Positions 60,165 to 64,000 of a DNA stretch of 64,000 nucleotides are shown in pieces. Source of the stretch: Mustelus asterias (taxonomy: Eukaryota). Every line of letters begins with the position of its first letter. Within the stretch, counting starts at the first letter, position 1. The DNA lies in assembly GCF_964213995.1 (NCBI RefSeq), contig NC_135805.1, positions 78,740,001-78,804,000 on the forward strand, written 5' to 3'. The position numbers and the translations under genes are program-made. Below the pieces are notes generated by a model. The model was not told the DNA's origin and ran no database searches. It worked only from the letters and a program-made list of their open reading frames with translations.

Positions 60165-61080
60165 GACTTATTTTATTTGTTCATGGGATGTGGGTGTCGC
60201 TGGCTAAGCCAGCATTTATTGCCTATTCCTAACTTGAGAAGTTGCCTTCTCGAACTGCTGCAGTCTATGTGTTGCAGAAACACTCAGAGTGCTGCTAGGG
60301 ACGGAGTTCCAGGATTTTGACCCAGGGTTAGTGAAGGAAGAGTGGTATTTTAAAGTCAAAATGATGAGTGTTTTGGAGGGGAACTTGAAAGTGGTGGTGT
60401 TCCCATGCATCTGCTGCTCTTGTCCATCTTGGTGGTAGAGCCTGCAGGTTTGGAAGGTGCTGTCGAATGGGCTCTTGGTGAGTTGCTGCAGTGTATCCTG
60501 TAGATGGTACACAGTGTACGTCGGTCATGGATTTAGTGAAAGTTTAAGGTGACGAAGGGGTGCCTATAAAGCGAGCTTCTTTGTCCTGGATGACTTCAAG
60601 CTTCTTGCATGTTGTTGGAGCTGCACTCATCCAGCAAGAGGTGAGAGTTCCACCACTGCTGACTTGTGCCTTTTAGATTGTAGACAGGCTTTGGGGAGTC
60701 AGGAACTGTGATTCTCACCACAGAATTCCTTGCCTCTGACCTGCTCTCATAGTCACAGTATTTATCTGGCTAATTCATTCAGTTTCTGGTCAATAGTAAC
60801 ACCTAGGATGTTGATAGTGATGGTGATATCATTGAATGTCAAGGGGCAATGGTTAGATTCTCTCTTGCTGGAAATTGTCATTGCCTGGAACTTGTGTGGC
60901 ACCATTGTTAGTTACCAGTTATCAGTCCAAGCCTGGAACATTGTTCAGATCTTGCTGCATTTGGACATGAACTGCTTCAGTATCTGAGAAGTCGTGAATG
61001 TTGCTGATGATTTGTTTGTACAATCATCAGCGAACATCCCTAATTCTGACCTTATAATGGAAGGAAGTTTAAGCAGTTGA
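60165..61080 (-). mobile_element. L2-like LINE 3' fragment
   Basis: LPSIIRSELGMFADDCT RT motif on the minus strand; same 3' tail as 47949-48435. Confidence 0.7.
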
Positions 61081-61089
61081 AGAATTGAA

Positions 61090-61505
61090 CAGAATAGGAA
61101 GCAAGGGGTCACAGTCTCAGGATATAGGATAGACATGAGGGGAAAGTTCTTCACTTAGAGGGTAGTGAACCTGTGGAATACTCTACCACAGTAGATAATG
61201 GAGGCCAAGTCACTGAATGTATTTAGGAAGGAAATAAATAGATTTCTAAACTCTAAGCCTGGAATGGTACCACCATTCACATCGATGGGATTTTCCCATC
61301 CCACTGTAGTGAACAGAGATTTGGCTGGGTGCCAAATTCTCCTCGCTGCGGCGTGAGCGTGGCACGCCCTAAAGCTGTCAAGGAGAATGGGGAGAGCACG
61401 GGAGAATGCTGTTGAGATAGAGGATCAGCCATGATCATATCGAATGGCAGGGCGGGCTTGAGAGGCTGAATGTCCTTCTCCTGCTCCTATTTTTTTTCCA
61501 TGTCT
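61090..61505 (+). mobile_element. CR1 3' end with nested MITE piece
   Basis: RGHSLRI...FFT.RVVNLWN.LP; 3' UTR GATCAGCCATGATCATATCGAATGG. Confidence 0.7.
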
Positions 61506-61655
61506 ATAATTCCAAACAGTGGAGAGTTTTGACCCTGATTCCTATTGACTTCAGTTTTGCTAGGACTCCTTAATGCCACATGTGGTCAAATGCTGCCTTG
61601 ATGTCAGGACTGTACTGAGTTTTGGAGCTGAGGGATTGTGGCAGAACTCAAACTG

Positions 61656-63975
61656 AGGCCACGATTCTCCCATTGCGGCCCGCCACTTTTCTGGTGGGTC
61701 CGGCCGGGAATTGTGCGTCTGCGGCCTTCAACAGGGATTTGTGCGTGCGCTGGGAACGCATGCGCATCTCCCAGAGTCGGCGGCCAGTCGCCGGCCAGAC
61801 CACACTGGAAACCGGCGGGAAGGCAGGTAAGTAATTTAAATCTGTTTTAAATCTATTTTAAATATGTATTTTTGTTAATTATCAGGACCTTTCAGGTCCC
61901 ATTGAATCTCCCACCCCGCCAGGAGTACTTCATTCCGACCGGGTTCAGACTAGCTCCCCATGTTCGGGGAACTAGCGGGAGACCCCATGGGAATGAAGGA
62001 GGGCAATCGGGGCTCCCTAGGGGGTCAGGCAGCAGGGGCGTAGTGTCCCCTGGGCATGGACACTCTGGCAGTGCCAGCCTGTGCCCCCTGGCACTGCCTA
62101 AGGGGAAAAGTGCCCATGCCCGGGGGCACCTTGGCACTGCCCACCAGGCATCAGGCAGTGCCAAGGGGTGGGGCCTATTGTGGGCGGGGCTGAGGTGCGA
62201 TTGGTGGGGGTCCCGCTGCCACTCTGCATTAGGATCGGTGTGGGATGGAGAGAGGGCAGCGATTAGGGCATGCTGGCTTTGTGGGGTGGGGGGGGGGGGT
62301 GTTGGGGTGTGGTCTGCTGGGGGGGGTGGTTCTTTGAGGAGGTAACAAGGAGGTTAGATAAAGGAGAACCAGTGGATGTGATTTATGTAGATTTCCAGAA
62401 GGCCTTTGACAAGGTGCCGCATAGGAGACTGTTAAATAAGTTAAGCGCCCATGGTGTTAAGGGTAAGATCCTGGCACGGCCAGAGGATTGGCTGACTAGC
62501 AGAAGGCAGAGAGTGGGGACAAAGGGGTCTTTTTCAGGACGGCAGCTGGTGACTAGTGGTGTGCCTCAGGGGTCGGTGCTGGGACCACAACTTTTCACAA
62601 TATACATTAACGATTTGAAGAAGGAACTGAAGGCACTGTTGCTAAGTTTGCAGATGCATCAAAGATATGTAGAGGGACAAGTAGTATTGAGGAAGCAGGG
62701 GGGCAGCAGAAGGACTTGGACAGGTTAGGAGAGTGGACAAAGAAGTGGCAGATGGGATACAATGTGGAAAAGTGTGAGGTTATGCACTTTAGAAGGAGAA
62801 TGGAGGCATAGACTATTTTTTGAATGGGAAAATGCTTAGGAAATCAGAAACACAAAGGGGCTTGGGAGTCATTGTTCAAGATTCTCTTAAGGTTGACATG
62901 CAGGTTCAGTCGGCAGTTAGGAAGGCAAATGTAATGTTCGCATTCATGTCGAGAGGGCTAGAATACAAGAGCAGGGATGTACTTCTGAGGCTATATAAAG
63001 CTCTGGTCAGATCCCATTTGGAGTATTGTGAACAGTTTTGGGTCCCCTACCTAAGAAAGGATGTGCTGGCCTTGGAAAGGGTCCAGAGGAGGTTCACAAG
63101 AATGATCCCTGGAATGAAGAGGAATGGTATGAGAAATGGTTGAGGACTCTGGGTCTGTACTCGTTAGAGTTTAGAAGGATGAGGGGGGATCTTATTGAAA
63201 ATTACAGGATACTGCGAGGCCTGGATAGAGTGGATGTGGAGAGGATATTTCCACTAGTAGGAAAAACTAGAACCAGAGGGCACAATCTCAGGTTAAAGGG
63301 ATGATCCTTTAAAACAGAGATGAGGAGGAATTTCTTCAGCCAGAGAATGGTGAATCTGTGGAACTCTTTGCTGCAGAAGGCTGTGGAGGCCAGGTCATTG
63401 AGTGTCTTTAAGACAGAGAAAGATACGTTCTTGATTAATAAGGGGATCAGGGGTTATGGGGAAAAGGCAGGAGAATGGGGATGAGAAAAATATCAGCCAT
63501 GATTGAATGGCGGAGCAGACTCGATGGGCTGAGTGGCCTAATTCTGCTCCTGTCATATGGTCTTATGGGGGGGACCTGCCTGGGGGGGTCTGACCCTGGG
63601 GGGGGGGGGGGGGGCGGAATGGGGGGATCTGCCGAGGTGAGGGTGGTGGGGGGATCACCACTGCTGGGGGGTGGGGACTGGGCATCGGGGCGCTCCGGGA
63701 CTGGGGGGGTGGGGGGGATCTGGGCTGGCCCAGGAATTGCTGTGGGGGCCGCGATCTGGCCGTGGGGGGGGCGCTGGAGGGGCAGCACCTTGGGGGTCCC
63801 GGGCTGGCCAGCGATCGAGCTGACCAGCAAATGGGGAGATTGACAGATCGGGACAACTACGCATGCGCAGAGTTCCAGAACTGTCAGACTCCGGCGCAAA
63901 TAGGCCCCGCCCCCCTGGATGTTTAATAATATTCACGACTAGGACCTCTTCAGTGCACAGAGTATGGAGATTCAG
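61656..63975. mobile_element. GC-rich Harbinger-like element interrupted by CR1
   Basis: Begins GGCCACGATTCTCCC; G-run-rich halves flank the CR1 at 62330-63566; right end near GGAGATTC is approximate. Confidence 0.5.
62330..63566 (+). mobile_element. CR1 LINE fragment (frameshifted RT)
   Basis: FFEEVT..LDKG..VDVIYVDFQKAFDKVPH, GVPQGSVLGP, LEYC.QFW.PY, CR1 3' UTR. Confidence 0.92.
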
Positions 63976-64000
63976 GTGAGAAGCTGAACTGTCAGGGCAG

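Overview
Eukaryotic, repeat-dense DNA, most likely from a shark or other elasmobranch. This is inferred from HE1-like and Deu-domain SINEs, CR1/L2 LINEs and Penelope elements. The only host genes I can support are three single-coding-exon trace amine-associated receptor (TAAR) genes in tandem on the minus strand: a strongly divergent TAAR (2893-3930), a near-canonical TAAR2-4-like gene (18578-19618) and TAAR1 (49000-50028). Most of the rest is transposon-derived: CR1, L2 and RTE LINE fragments; several tRNA-derived SINE families; a young and some old Gypsy LTR elements; a decayed two-gene Harbinger transposon with many MITE derivatives; and Penelope-like elements (PLEs) carrying minimal hammerhead ribozymes and fold-back ends. 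Most interesting observations: (1) the ligand-pocket residues of the TAARs (D3.32+E5.42 with Y7.43 lost in the divergent gene; an S5.42/S5.43/S5.46 catechol-type triad in TAAR1); (2) a structured chimera headed by U2 snRNA nt 1-31; (3) hammerhead-bearing PLE ends and mini fold-back derivatives; (4) a 251-bp templated insertion that replaced part of an RT motif in the young Gypsy. Repeat boundaries and family names were read by eye and are approximate. No searches were run.
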